From positions 4,464-68,463 of the forward strand of contig DASZZF010000006.1 of the NCBI GenBank assembly GCA_035543375.1: 64,000 nucleotides of DNA, in the 5' to 3' direction. Positions 1-8,736 of the stretch are shown in pieces (the stretch's first letter is position 1; every line of letters begins with the position of its first letter). A program made the position numbers and the translations under genes. Source of the DNA: Candidatus Limnocylindria bacterium. Its GTDB lineage: Bacteria; Chloroflexota; Limnocylindria; P2-11E. The notes below the pieces were generated by a model. The model saw only the letters and a list, made by a program, of their open reading frames with translations, had not been told where the DNA came from and ran no database searches.

Positions 1-129
1 GCGGAACGAGGCACCCGGATTGAGCGCGACGTACTCGACGCCAAGCTCACGCAGCATCGCGGCGATGACGTCGCTGCCCCATTCGGGAGCGGCGCCGGGC
101 GTCGCGCCGGCTGCCGGTCGTTCGGTCAC
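1..129 (-). CDS. Partial CDS, N-terminus of a ThDP-dependent enzyme; it continues past the window start
   Basis: Minus-strand translation starting at a GTG near 129 reads VTERPAAGATPGAAPEWGSDVIAAMLRELGVEYVALNPGASFR, which resembles the N-terminal pyrimidine-binding domain of acetolactate-synthase-like ThDP enzymes. The ORF runs off the window edge. Confidence 0.4.
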   Translation of the reverse strand, partial: MTERPAAGATPGAAPEWGSDVIAAMLRELGVEYVALNPGASFR

Positions 130-178
130 GGGTCAATAATGTCGCTTCGCGAACGCTCACGGATCGCGTCTGCCGCAC

Positions 179-188
179 GTGTATACAC
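179..188. promoter_or_regulatory. Perfect 10-bp palindrome GTGTATACAC followed by TTTG, in the divergent intergenic region upstream of the UbiD-family gene
   Basis: AT-rich palindrome in 70% GC DNA. It fits the GntR-type operator consensus (T.GT...AC.A). Related copies recur upstream of other operons in the window. Confidence 0.35.
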
Positions 189-232
189 TTTGCCTCGTCG
201 CGTCGGCCGCGGCGCGAGCACGAACGGACGGG

Positions 233-1672
233 ATGGGCAGCATGGAAGACCTGCGCGGCTGGCTCTCGAGGGTCGAGGCGATGGGCGATCTCGTCACCAT
301 CGAGGGGGCCGACTGGAACCTCGAGATCGGCGCGGTCGCGCACGTCGCGCGGCAGCGCCCGCGGCCCCCGGTAGTCCTCTTCGACTCGATCAAGGGCTAC
401 CCGAAGGGCCACCGCGTGCTTACAGGTACACATACCGACTTCCGGCGCTTCGCGATGACGTCGGGCCTCTCGCCGGACCTCGATGTGCTCGGTCTCATCC
501 GCGCGTGGCGTGACAAGCTGCAGTCCGCTAGCAAGGTGCCGCCGGTCGTCGTGGCCGACGCGCCGTTCCTCAAGAACCGCTCGATCGGCAAGGACGTCGA
601 TCTGCTCAGCCTGCCGTCGCCGTTCTGGCACGACAAGGATGGGGGACGTTACCTCGGAACGGGCGCGTCGGTCATTACCCGTGACCCCGTTGACGGGTGG
701 GTGAACCTTGGGACGTATCGCCTCATGGTCCACGATCGCGACCGGCTCGGCCTGTACATGGCCCCGATCCAGGACGGCCGCCGCCACATGAAGGGGTACC
801 ACGACCGAGGTGAGCCGTGCCCGGTCGCGATCTCCATCGGTCATCACCCGCTCCTCTTCATGGTCTCGTCCATGGCGCCCCCGTGGCTCGGGACATCCGA
901 GTACGAATTCGCGGGCGGGCTGCTCGGCGCTCCGGTCGAGGTGGTCAATCTGCCGATCACCGGCCTGCCCGTGCCCGCGACGGCGGAGATCGTGCTCGAA
1001 GGGGAGATCGTTCCCGGCGATACGGCGCTCGAAGGACCGTTCGGCGAGACGACCGGCTACTACGCGAGCGGCACGCGGCCTGAGCCCGTGATCCGAGTGA
1101 AGGCGATTTACCACCGGGACGATCCGATCCTTGTCGGCGCGCCGACCTGCAAGCCGATCCACGAGCACAGCTGGCAGACGGCCATCCTCACGTCGGCGCG
1201 GATCTGGAACGAGCTCGAGCGGGCGAACGTCCCGGGGATCAAAGGGGTGTACCGCTCCGTCTGGCAGGGCGGCGGCAACCTCATCGTCGTCTCGCTCGAG
1301 CAGCAGTACGCCGGGCACGCCCGGCAAGCTGCGTATATCGCCTCGAACTCCGGTGCCGGTGCTTACCGGGGGAAGTTCGTCGTCGTCGTCGACGAGGACA
1401 TCGATCCGACCAATGAGGCGGACGTCCTCTGGGCGGTGCTCGGCCGTTGCGATCCGGCGGAGGACATCGAGATCATGCGCCGCGCGGTGAGCGGCCCCCT
1501 CGATCCGATCATCCCGGCGGACAAGAAGGGGCACAATTCACGCGCGATGATCGACGCTTGCCGTCCCTGGGAGTGGCGGGCCGACTTCCCGGAGGTCGCC
1601 GTCGCGAGCCCCGCTGACGTTGCGAAGGCGGAGGCCACCTGGGGCGCGGCGTTGGATCGGCAACCATCGTGA
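233..1672 (+). CDS. UbiD-family (prFMN-dependent) aromatic acid decarboxylase/carboxylase
   Basis: N-terminus reads MEDLRGWLSRVEAMGDLVTIEGADWNLEIGAVAHV and overall length and conservation pattern fit UbiD/VdcC/AroY-like enzymes. The ORF-track start at 179 lies inside the promoter palindrome, so the ATG at 233 or 242 is preferred. Confidence 0.8.
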   Translation: MGSMEDLRGWLSRVEAMGDLVTIEGADWNLEIGAVAHVARQRPRPPVVLFDSIKGYPKGHRVLTGTHTDFRRFAMTSGLSPDLDVLGLIRAWRDKLQSASKVPPVVVADAPFLKNRSIGKDVDLLSLPSPFWHDKDGGRYLGTGASVITRDPVDGWVNLGTYRLMVHDRDRLGLYMAPIQDGRRHMKGYHDRGEPCPVAISIGHHPLLFMVSSMAPPWLGTSEYEFAGGLLGAPVEVVNLPITGLPVPATAEIVLEGEIVPGDTALEGPFGETTGYYASGTRPEPVIRVKAIYHRDDPILVGAPTCKPIHEHSWQTAILTSARIWNELERANVPGIKGVYRSVWQGGGNLIVVSLEQQYAGHARQAAYIASNSGAGAYRGKFVVVVDEDIDPTNEADVLWAVLGRCDPAEDIEIMRRAVSGPLDPIIPADKKGHNSRAMIDACRPWEWRADFPEVAVASPADVAKAEATWGAALDRQPS

Positions 1673-2538
1673 GCGTCAGCCAGCTTGGCTACGTTGGCTT
1701 CGGTGTCCGCGATATCAAGGCGTGGGAGCGATTCGCGACGACCGTCGTCGGCCTCGAGCTCGTCGAGCGCGGCGCGGACGGCACGCTGTTCCTCCGGATG
1801 GACGAGTACCACCACCGGATCGCGATCCATCCGAGCGGCGAGGACGATCTCCTCTATGCGGGGTGGCTCGCGCCCACGCCGGCGGACCTCACCGCACTCG
1901 TCGGGCGCCTGCGCGCCGCGGGCGTCACCGTCGAAGATGGGACAGCTGCGGACGCGACGGCGCGGCGCGTCCGGAAGCTCGTCCGGTTCCGCGACCCATC
2001 CGGCCGGTCGCTCGAGGCCTTCACCGGCGCGCGGGTGATCCCCGGCCGCGCGTTCGCGCCGGCGCGGCCGATGACCGGCTTCAAGGCTGGCGCGCTCGGC
2101 CTCGGCCACATCGTGGTCCGCGCGACCGACCAAAAGGTTTCGGAGGCCTTCTACGGCGACGTGCTCGGCCTCACCCTCACCGATTACGGCTCCGGCCGCA
2201 TGGCCTTCATGCGCTGCAACACGCGCCACCACTCGATCGCCTTCGGGGAGATCCCGGGCTCCGGGTGGCTGGTCCACATCATGCTCGAGGTGGCGACGCT
2301 CGATGACCTCGGGAGCGCCTACGACGTCTGCGAGCGTGAGGGTGCACCGCTGCTCAAGACGATCGGAAGGCATCCGAACGACCGGATGGTGTCCTTCTAC
2401 GTCGCCACCCCATCCGGGTTCGAGCTCGAGATCGGGTACGGCGGCCGTGAGATCGACGAGCAGACCTGGGTCATGCAGACGTACGAGCGCGGCGATCTCT
2501 GGGGTCACCGCGCGCTCCCGGCGGCGAAGGGCGAATGA
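1669..2538 (+). CDS. Type I extradiol ring-cleavage dioxygenase (VOC superfamily, BphC / catechol 2,3-dioxygenase-like)
   Basis: Two-domain VOC architecture of 289 aa. N-terminus MSVSQLGYVGFGVRDI is typical of 2,3-dihydroxybiphenyl dioxygenases. GTG start overlaps the upstream stop. Confidence 0.8.
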   Translation: MSVSQLGYVGFGVRDIKAWERFATTVVGLELVERGADGTLFLRMDEYHHRIAIHPSGEDDLLYAGWLAPTPADLTALVGRLRAAGVTVEDGTAADATARRVRKLVRFRDPSGRSLEAFTGARVIPGRAFAPARPMTGFKAGALGLGHIVVRATDQKVSEAFYGDVLGLTLTDYGSGRMAFMRCNTRHHSIAFGEIPGSGWLVHIMLEVATLDDLGSAYDVCEREGAPLLKTIGRHPNDRMVSFYVATPSGFELEIGYGGREIDEQTWVMQTYERGDLWGHRALPAAKGE

Positions 2539-2548
2539 GCGCCGGACG

Positions 2549-3901
2549 ATGCTGATCGACGAGCGGAGGTCGACCGACAAGCTCGTCGACCTCGAGCGTG
2601 GCCTCCTGAGCCGGCGGGTCTTCACCGACCCGGACATCTACAAGGTCGAGCTCGAACGGATCTTCGCCAAGTGCTGGCTCTTCCTGGCGCACGACTCGAT
2701 GATCCCGAAGGCCGGCGACTTCATGACCACGTTCATGGGCGAAGACCACGTCATCGTGACGCGTGGCCGGGACGGAAAGGTCCACGCGATGCTCAACACC
2801 TGCCGCCACCGCGGCAATCGAGTGTGCCTCTTCGACAGCGGGAACGCGGCCGCCTTCACGTGCACGTATCACGGCTGGTCGTACGACACGGCCGGCAAGC
2901 TCATCGGCGTGCCCTTCCTCAAGGAGGCCTACTACGACGAGCTCGACAAGAGCGAGTGGGGCCTCGTGCCGGTGCCGCGCATCGAGAGCATCGGCGGCAT
3001 GACGTTCGGCAGCTGGGATCCGAGCGCGCCATCGCTCACCGAGTATCTCGGCGAGCTCGGCTGGTTTATGGAGCGGCTCGTGCTCGGGACGTGGAATGGG
3101 GGACTCGAGTTCGTCACCGGCCGGCACGTCTACACCGCGCGCGCCAACTGGAAGATCATCGCCGAGAATTTCGCGGGCGATCATTACCACACGTCGGTGA
3201 CCCACGCGTCCGCCTACAAGCTCGGGCTCGCGCCGCACCCGGCGGGCTACGAGGACGTGCAGGACCCGAACGGCCCATTCGAGGTCGCACTGCGGCCCGG
3301 GCATGGTGCGGGCGGCGTGTACACCGGCCGGCCACCCTTCGAGCGCGATCTCGCGGTCGCCGAGCGGCTCGGTCCGGAGGTCGTGGCCTACGCGAAGGAG
3401 CGGTATGCGCGTCTTACCGAGGTCATGCGCGATGCGCCGTGCGTTCCGTATCGCCAGGGACACGGGAACATGTTCCCGAACCTGTCGTGGTCGGGTCAGG
3501 CGAACGCGACCGGTGGGCGCTCCTTCTATCTGCTGCAGCCGAAAGGGCCGCTCCACACGGAGATCTGGATCTGGTTCGCCGTCGAGCGGAACGCGCCACA
3601 GGCCGTCAAGGATCTCGTGCGGGGGCAGAGTGGCCAGATGGGCCAACTCCCGAGCGGGTTCTTCGCTCAGGACGACGCCGAGAATTTCGAGCGGGTGACC
3701 GAGTCCGCGCGGACGACGGTCGCGAAGCGCTATCCGTTCAACATCAGCATGCAGCTCGGCCACGAGGGTCAGTGGCCGGGGCAGGAGAAGTGGGAAGTCG
3801 CCGGGATCCCCGGTCTCGTGGGTCCGCGCTACGGCGAGCACAGCCAGCGGCTCTTCTACTCGTTCTGGGCCAAGCAGACCGGGCTCGACACAGAGGCGTG
3901 A
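2549..3901 (+). CDS. Rieske non-heme-iron ring-hydroxylating dioxygenase, large (alpha) subunit
   Basis: Rieske motif CRHRGNRVC-x15-CTYHGW is present. Mononuclear-iron region reads NWKIIAENFAGDHYHTSVTHA. The ORF-track start at 2303 is an upstream artefact; the ATG at 2549 follows the upstream stop by 10 nt. Confidence 0.85.
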   Translation: MLIDERRSTDKLVDLERGLLSRRVFTDPDIYKVELERIFAKCWLFLAHDSMIPKAGDFMTTFMGEDHVIVTRGRDGKVHAMLNTCRHRGNRVCLFDSGNAAAFTCTYHGWSYDTAGKLIGVPFLKEAYYDELDKSEWGLVPVPRIESIGGMTFGSWDPSAPSLTEYLGELGWFMERLVLGTWNGGLEFVTGRHVYTARANWKIIAENFAGDHYHTSVTHASAYKLGLAPHPAGYEDVQDPNGPFEVALRPGHGAGGVYTGRPPFERDLAVAERLGPEVVAYAKERYARLTEVMRDAPCVPYRQGHGNMFPNLSWSGQANATGGRSFYLLQPKGPLHTEIWIWFAVERNAPQAVKDLVRGQSGQMGQLPSGFFAQDDAENFERVTESARTTVAKRYPFNISMQLGHEGQWPGQEKWEVAGIPGLVGPRYGEHSQRLFYSFWAKQTGLDTEA

Positions 3902-4407
3902 CCGAGCCCGCGGGTGCCGAGGTCCAGCGCGAGGTCGAGCGTTTCTTCCATGAGGAGGCGGTGCTCATCGATGAGCGCAAGCTGCACTTGTGGCTCGCGC
4001 TCTTCACCGACGATGCCGTCTATCGCATGGAGCTGCGCTCGAAGATCCTGCAGGCGCTGCTGCCGAACACCCTGCCAACCGCGGGGACCCAGGTGCTCTT
4101 CGAGGATGACAAGCGATTTCTCACGCTGCGCGTCCGCCGGCTGGAGACGGGCATGGCGCACGCCGAGAAGCCGCCGTCGATCACGCGCCATCTCGTGACG
4201 AACATCATCGCGGATCTCGATGGGCCTGCCGTCATCGCGCGCTCCAATTTCCACGTCTACCAGGCCCGGCTCGAGGCCGACGACATGCACTTCTTCGGAA
4301 AACGTGAGGATCGCCTCCTGCGCACAGATGCGGGATGGCGGATCGCCCGACGGTCCATCGTGCTCGATCACATCGTCGTACCGCGCACACTGACGACGTT
4401 CTTCTAA
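3898..4407 (+). CDS. Ring-hydroxylating dioxygenase small (beta) subunit (NTF2-like fold)
   Basis: 169 aa, reading EVQREVERFFHEEAVLIDERKLHLWLALFTDDAVY, which is typical of beta subunits. GTG start overlaps the alpha-subunit stop (GTGA). It is buried inside the long shifted-frame ORF 2671..4407. Confidence 0.75.
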   Translation: MTEPAGAEVQREVERFFHEEAVLIDERKLHLWLALFTDDAVYRMELRSKILQALLPNTLPTAGTQVLFEDDKRFLTLRVRRLETGMAHAEKPPSITRHLVTNIIADLDGPAVIARSNFHVYQARLEADDMHFFGKREDRLLRTDAGWRIARRSIVLDHIVVPRTLTTFF

Positions 4408-4421
4408 GGGGAGGGGACCGG

Positions 4422-5375
4422 ATGCTGACACCGAGCGATGTTCACGGGGTCATGGCGATGATGCCGGCGTTCGCGACCGCGGACGCGGCCGATATCCACG
4501 CGACCGCGACCGTCGATGTCGGCAATCTCGAGCGCGGCCTCGACCGCATGATCCAGGACGGCGTCGACGTCATCGCGACGAGCGGCAGCTTCGGCGAGTT
4601 TCACACCCTCCTCTGGGAGGAGTTCGTCACGTTGACCCGGGCGACCGTGGAAGTCACGCGGAAGCGCGTTCCGCTCTTCATCGGCTGCACCGCATTGCAC
4701 AGCCGCGAGGTGGTGCGGCGGATGGAGGTCGCGCGGGACGCCGGTGCCACGGGCGTCCTCGTCGGGATCCCGTTCTACTTCCCATCGACGGTCGACAACG
4801 CCGTCCGGTTCCTCGGTGATATCGCAAACCTGTTCCCGACCCTCGGGATCATGATCTACCACAACCCGGCACTCCATCACGTGAACCTGCCGGCGGGGGC
4901 GTTCGAGCGGATCCTCGAGCACAAGAACATCATCGCGATGAAGGACAGCCACCGTGATACCCGTGCGTTCCTGAAGCTCATGAGCGTGACGAAGGGCCGG
5001 CTCTCGGTGTTCGTCAATGCCGCGCAGCTCTATCCCTATGCCCAGCTCGGCGCGGCCGGGTGCTGGAACTACGAGATGTGGATGGGGCCCTGGCCGGTGT
5101 TACGGCTTCGCGACGCGGTGGCCGCGGGCGATGTCGCCACGGCGACGGAGATCATCGCGCAGATCTCGACCGAGTCGTCCCCACCGCTCGAGTGGCGCGA
5201 GACCGCAGCGAAGATCGCCATCCGCCATGCGGGCTATTGTGATCCCGGTCCGCTCCGGCCGCCGTTCGTGGTCATCCCCAAAGATGTCGACGACCGCGCG
5301 ATCGCTCGCGCGAAGCACTGGACCGCGCTCGCCGAGAAGTACCGGACGCAGGTCCGCGCGCCGCTCGCGGTCTAG
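4422..5375 (+). CDS. DHDPS/NAL-family class I aldolase; hydratase-aldolase (NahE-like) is one possibility
   Basis: DapA-like TIM-barrel sequence. The RBS GGGAGGGG lies 6 nt upstream of the ATG at 4422. The ORF-track start at 4335 overlaps the beta-subunit gene. Confidence 0.65.
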   Translation: MLTPSDVHGVMAMMPAFATADAADIHATATVDVGNLERGLDRMIQDGVDVIATSGSFGEFHTLLWEEFVTLTRATVEVTRKRVPLFIGCTALHSREVVRRMEVARDAGATGVLVGIPFYFPSTVDNAVRFLGDIANLFPTLGIMIYHNPALHHVNLPAGAFERILEHKNIIAMKDSHRDTRAFLKLMSVTKGRLSVFVNAAQLYPYAQLGAAGCWNYEMWMGPWPVLRLRDAVAAGDVATATEIIAQISTESSPPLEWRETAAKIAIRHAGYCDPGPLRPPFVVIPKDVDDRAIARAKHWTALAEKYRTQVRAPLAV

Positions 5376-5384
5376 GAGGAGCCT

Positions 5385-6440
5385 GTGCGCAACGTCCGCT
5401 TCGGCGTCGGCATCTACACGGCGGAGCCGCTCCCGATCGTGACGGACCAGGTGCGGCTCGTCGAGCGTTTGGGCTACGACAGCGTGTGGCTGTTGGACTC
5501 GCAGCTCGTCGGTCGCGAGCTCTACGCGACGATGGCCGTCGCGGCGCTCGCGACGGATCGCGTGCTCATCGGCTCGGGCGTGACGCAGCCGTACACCCGC
5601 CACGTCACGGTGACCGCCTGCGGCCACGCCACGATCGACGACCTGGCACCGGGTCGCGTCGCCCTCGGGATCGGGCGGGGCGATAGTGCGGTGCTCGGCG
5701 TCGGAGGCACGCTCCCCGGCTTCACCGAATTCGCCCGCCACATCAACGAGCTGCGGAAGCTCATGTCCGGCGAACGATTCGAAATGGCCGGCAAGACCGT
5801 TGGCCTGAAGTTCGTCGATCCCGCGAAGCCCAAGCGCATCCCCATCTACGTCGCGGCCAGCGGGCCCCAGGCGCTCGCTCTCGCGTGCAAGCTCGGTGAC
5901 GGGGTCATCATCCACTGCGGCGCCGGCGAGGTGATGATCGGACGGGCCATGGACCTCGTCCGCCAAGGCGCGAAGAAGGCGGGTAAGGACCTCGCCGACA
6001 TCGACGTCGTCTGGTGGGTGCACACCTCGATCGACGACGATTGGGCGAAGGTGAAAGAGCACTACCGGCCGAAGATGATCAGCAAGTTCCGGCACAAGCG
6101 CCCGGTGTCCATCGAGGAGCAGGGCGTGAAGCTCGATGCGGCCACGTTCGAAGAGGCGAAGAACTCGTACGACTTCATGGACCACGCGACGTCCGGAGCG
6201 GCGCACGGCGTCTGGGCGGACGTGTTCCCTGACGAGGTCTGGCGGCAGGAGGCATTCCTCGGCACTGCCGGCGAGGTCTACGAGACCTGCCGGCGCGGAC
6301 TCGCCGCCAATCCCGAGATCTCCCACGTCGTGATCAACCCGCCAGCCTCCGGCTTCGGCATCACCGTCGAGGCGGTCTACGAGCGCTTCGCCCGCGGGGT
6401 CATCGACCGGCTGCGGGCCGCGACCGGGACGGCAGCATGA
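5385..6440 (+). CDS. LLM-class (luciferase-like) flavin/F420-dependent oxidoreductase
   Basis: N-terminus MRNVRFGVGIYTAEPLPIVTDQVRLVERLGYDSVWLLDSQL is typical of the luciferase-like monooxygenase family. GGAGGAG RBS followed by a GTG start. Confidence 0.7.
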   Translation: MRNVRFGVGIYTAEPLPIVTDQVRLVERLGYDSVWLLDSQLVGRELYATMAVAALATDRVLIGSGVTQPYTRHVTVTACGHATIDDLAPGRVALGIGRGDSAVLGVGGTLPGFTEFARHINELRKLMSGERFEMAGKTVGLKFVDPAKPKRIPIYVAASGPQALALACKLGDGVIIHCGAGEVMIGRAMDLVRQGAKKAGKDLADIDVVWWVHTSIDDDWAKVKEHYRPKMISKFRHKRPVSIEEQGVKLDAATFEEAKNSYDFMDHATSGAAHGVWADVFPDEVWRQEAFLGTAGEVYETCRRGLAANPEISHVVINPPASGFGITVEAVYERFARGVIDRLRAATGTAA

Positions 6441-7258
6441 CCGGGCCGGTCCTTCTTGATCGGCAGGGATCGGTCGCCATCGTCACGCTCAACCGGCCCG
6501 ACGCGGCGAACGCGATGAACGGTGAGATGCGCGATGCCCTGAATGACATCTGGTCGGAGGTCGACCGCGACGATGCCGTGCGGGTGATCGTCCTTACCGG
6601 CGCCGGCACGAAGCACTTCTGCACCGGGGCGGACATGAAGTGGCAGGCTGAGCTCTCGCGCGACGAAGCGGCGGTCCGCGCGACCATGGGCAACGTCGGC
6701 CGGACGATCCAGTGGCCGGACATCCCGCACACGCTGCTGAAGCCCGTGATCCTCGCGATCAATGGCGCAGTGGCGGGAGGCGGCTTCCACTACGTGTGCC
6801 AGACCGACTTTGCGATCTGCGCGGACCACGCGACGTTCCTCGAGCCGCACGTCTCCGTCGGGTGGGTGCCGATCCGGGAGATGCTTGGTCTCGCGACGCG
6901 CGCCCCGTTCGCGGTCGTCATGCGCATGGCGATGATGGGCACCGCGGAACGCATGGACGCCGCTCGCGCGTACCAGCTCGGCATCGTCACCGAGCTCGTC
7001 CCCACTGAGCGACTGCTCGCGCGGACGCTCGAGGTCGCTGAGATCATCGCGCGCCAGGCGCCGCTCGCGGTCCGCGCGATCAAAGAACTAATGCACCGGG
7101 CCTACTCGCTCGAGTACGCGAATCCCGAAGTGCTCGCCCACGCCGAGCTGCTTCGCGATGTCGTCCACCGTGGGCCCGACAGCAAGGAGGGTCCGCGTGC
7201 ATTCTCCGAGAAGCGCCCGCCGCGCTGGACCGGCAGCCTCGACCCGGATGGCGGGTAG
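6437..7258 (+). CDS. Enoyl-CoA hydratase/isomerase (crotonase family)
   Basis: Reads VAIVTLNRPDAANAMN...ILAINGAVAGGGFHYVCQTDFAICADHATF, with the crotonase oxyanion-hole region. ATGA overlap with the upstream gene. Confidence 0.8.
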   Translation: MTGPVLLDRQGSVAIVTLNRPDAANAMNGEMRDALNDIWSEVDRDDAVRVIVLTGAGTKHFCTGADMKWQAELSRDEAAVRATMGNVGRTIQWPDIPHTLLKPVILAINGAVAGGGFHYVCQTDFAICADHATFLEPHVSVGWVPIREMLGLATRAPFAVVMRMAMMGTAERMDAARAYQLGIVTELVPTERLLARTLEVAEIIARQAPLAVRAIKELMHRAYSLEYANPEVLAHAELLRDVVHRGPDSKEGPRAFSEKRPPRWTGSLDPDGG

Positions 7259-7658
7259 CACGGTGGGCCAGGCCTGGAAGAAGATCATCGTGACGACGGA
7301 GGGCGCGCCTGCGCCACGGAGCGCAGCGTCCGCCCAGGGCGTGCGTGTCGGGCCGCTGCTCTTCGTCACCGGACAATCGGGGCGCGAACCGGGCGAAGCC
7401 GGCTACAAGGCCAATCCGGTGGAGCACGCGCGCCGGACGATGGAGAACGTGAAGGCGGTCGTGGAGGCCGGCGGCAGCACGATGGCCGACGTGGTCAAGC
7501 GCACCGTGATCGTCAGGGATCAGGAGATCTTCGCGGCGGTGCGCGACGTCATCGAGAGCTACTTTCCGACCCCTGTCGCGAGCACGACCCTGCGGGGCGC
7601 GCTCATGCTGCCTGACATGCTGCTCGAGGTGGAAGTCGTCGCCGTTGTCCCGGAGTAG
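7248..7658 (+). CDS. RidA/YjgF/TdcF family enamine/imine deaminase
   Basis: About 136 aa with a chorismate-mutase-like fold; reads GPLLFVTGQSGREPGEAGYKANPVEHARRTMENVKAVVEAGGSTMADVVKRTVIV. 2-aminomuconate deaminases belong to this family. Confidence 0.7.
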   Translation: MAGSTVGQAWKKIIVTTEGAPAPRSAASAQGVRVGPLLFVTGQSGREPGEAGYKANPVEHARRTMENVKAVVEAGGSTMADVVKRTVIVRDQEIFAAVRDVIESYFPTPVASTTLRGALMLPDMLLEVEVVAVVPE

Positions 7659-8736
7659 CGGGCCCGAGCTGCTGATCGGCGGCATCGGGCTGCTCGCGTC
7701 GGGCGACGCGGGGACCCCTCGCCTCGACGCCAGCCGGATCCTCATACGCGACGGGCGGGTCGCGGCCATCGGCGAGGCGGTCGCGGCGGACAAGAACGCA
7801 CGGGTCGTGGATGCGCGCGGCGGCGTCGTCCTGCCCGGATTGTGGGACGCCTATCACGTGCTGGCGTTCGGGGACCACGAGCCGGTCCTCGACGCGCACG
7901 GGTATCTCGCGCGGACCGCGGCGACCGGTACGACCACCGTCGTATCCGCGGGAACGCTCGCGCTGCCCGGCCGGCCGCGCGACGCTCGCGGCGCAACGTC
8001 CCTCGCGATCCTCGCCGCCCGCTCGTGGGCCCACGAGCGTCCCGGCGGGATCACCACCCATGCCGGCGCGCTCATCGCGGTGCCGGGCCTCGCCGACCCC
8101 CAGCTCCGCGCGGCGGCCGACGCGGGTGTGCGGCGGCTGTCGATCGTCGAGCCGTTCGCCGATCGCGACGAGGCGACGCGCTGCGTCGCTCTTGCGCGCG
8201 ACAACGGCTTCTCCGTCATGGCCGATTGCGGACATGGATCGCTCATCGTCGGCGCCTCGGTGCGCGAGGCGCTCGCCCTGGTCCGCCCTGATGTCTCGGC
8301 CTGCGTGAATGGCCCAGTGGCGCTCGCCGACGGCGACATCGCCTGGCTCCTCGACCAGGCGTCGGGCTGCCTCGGTCTGACCCCGACCGGCAGCCTCGCC
8401 GTTGCGACGCGGGTGGCGACGGCCGCGGCGGCACGCGGAGCCCTCGGTCGCCTGGTGATCTCGACGCGAACGCCCCACGCAGGGATGATCCTGCCCGATG
8501 GCGTCGGTCGGTTCGTTGCGTTCCTCGCGGCGATCCCCGTTGTCGGGCCAGAGGCTGCGATCGCGATCGGCTCGGGGAATGCCGCGCGCGCGTATGGCGC
8601 GCCGGGCGGACGGATCGCGGTGGGGGAGCCGGCAGATCTCATCGTGCTCGAAGGACCGACGGCGCTCGCGGCCCTCGTCGACGGAGCGTGGCGGGCGCCC
8701 GAAATGGTGCTCGTGGGTGGCGATGTCCTCAGCTGA
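7645..8736 (+). CDS. Metal-dependent amidohydrolase (enamidase-like); paralog 1 of 3
   Basis: Reads LPGLWDAYHV...FGDHEP and C-terminal GRIAVGEPADLIVLEG. It is paralogous to the genes at 11900..13126 and 25438..26616. Apparent TTG start overlaps the RidA end. Confidence 0.6.
   Translation: MSRSSGPELLIGGIGLLASGDAGTPRLDASRILIRDGRVAAIGEAVAADKNARVVDARGGVVLPGLWDAYHVLAFGDHEPVLDAHGYLARTAATGTTTVVSAGTLALPGRPRDARGATSLAILAARSWAHERPGGITTHAGALIAVPGLADPQLRAAADAGVRRLSIVEPFADRDEATRCVALARDNGFSVMADCGHGSLIVGASVREALALVRPDVSACVNGPVALADGDIAWLLDQASGCLGLTPTGSLAVATRVATAAAARGALGRLVISTRTPHAGMILPDGVGRFVAFLAAIPVVGPEAAIAIGSGNAARAYGAPGGRIAVGEPADLIVLEGPTALAALVDGAWRAPEMVLVGGDVLS

Noticed and set aside
47-1534. 495-aa minus-strand ORF covering the whole UbiD gene
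   Set aside because: It is antisense to a well-supported decarboxylase gene, its composition is Arg/Asp/Gly-rich and non-protein-like, and no domain motifs are visible. This is a typical high-GC antisense artefact.
2671-4407. 578-aa + strand ORF spanning the alpha-subunit region
   Set aside because: Only the last 169 aa (from 3898) form the dioxygenase beta subunit. The upstream 400 aa run out of frame through the alpha-subunit gene and are not protein-like.
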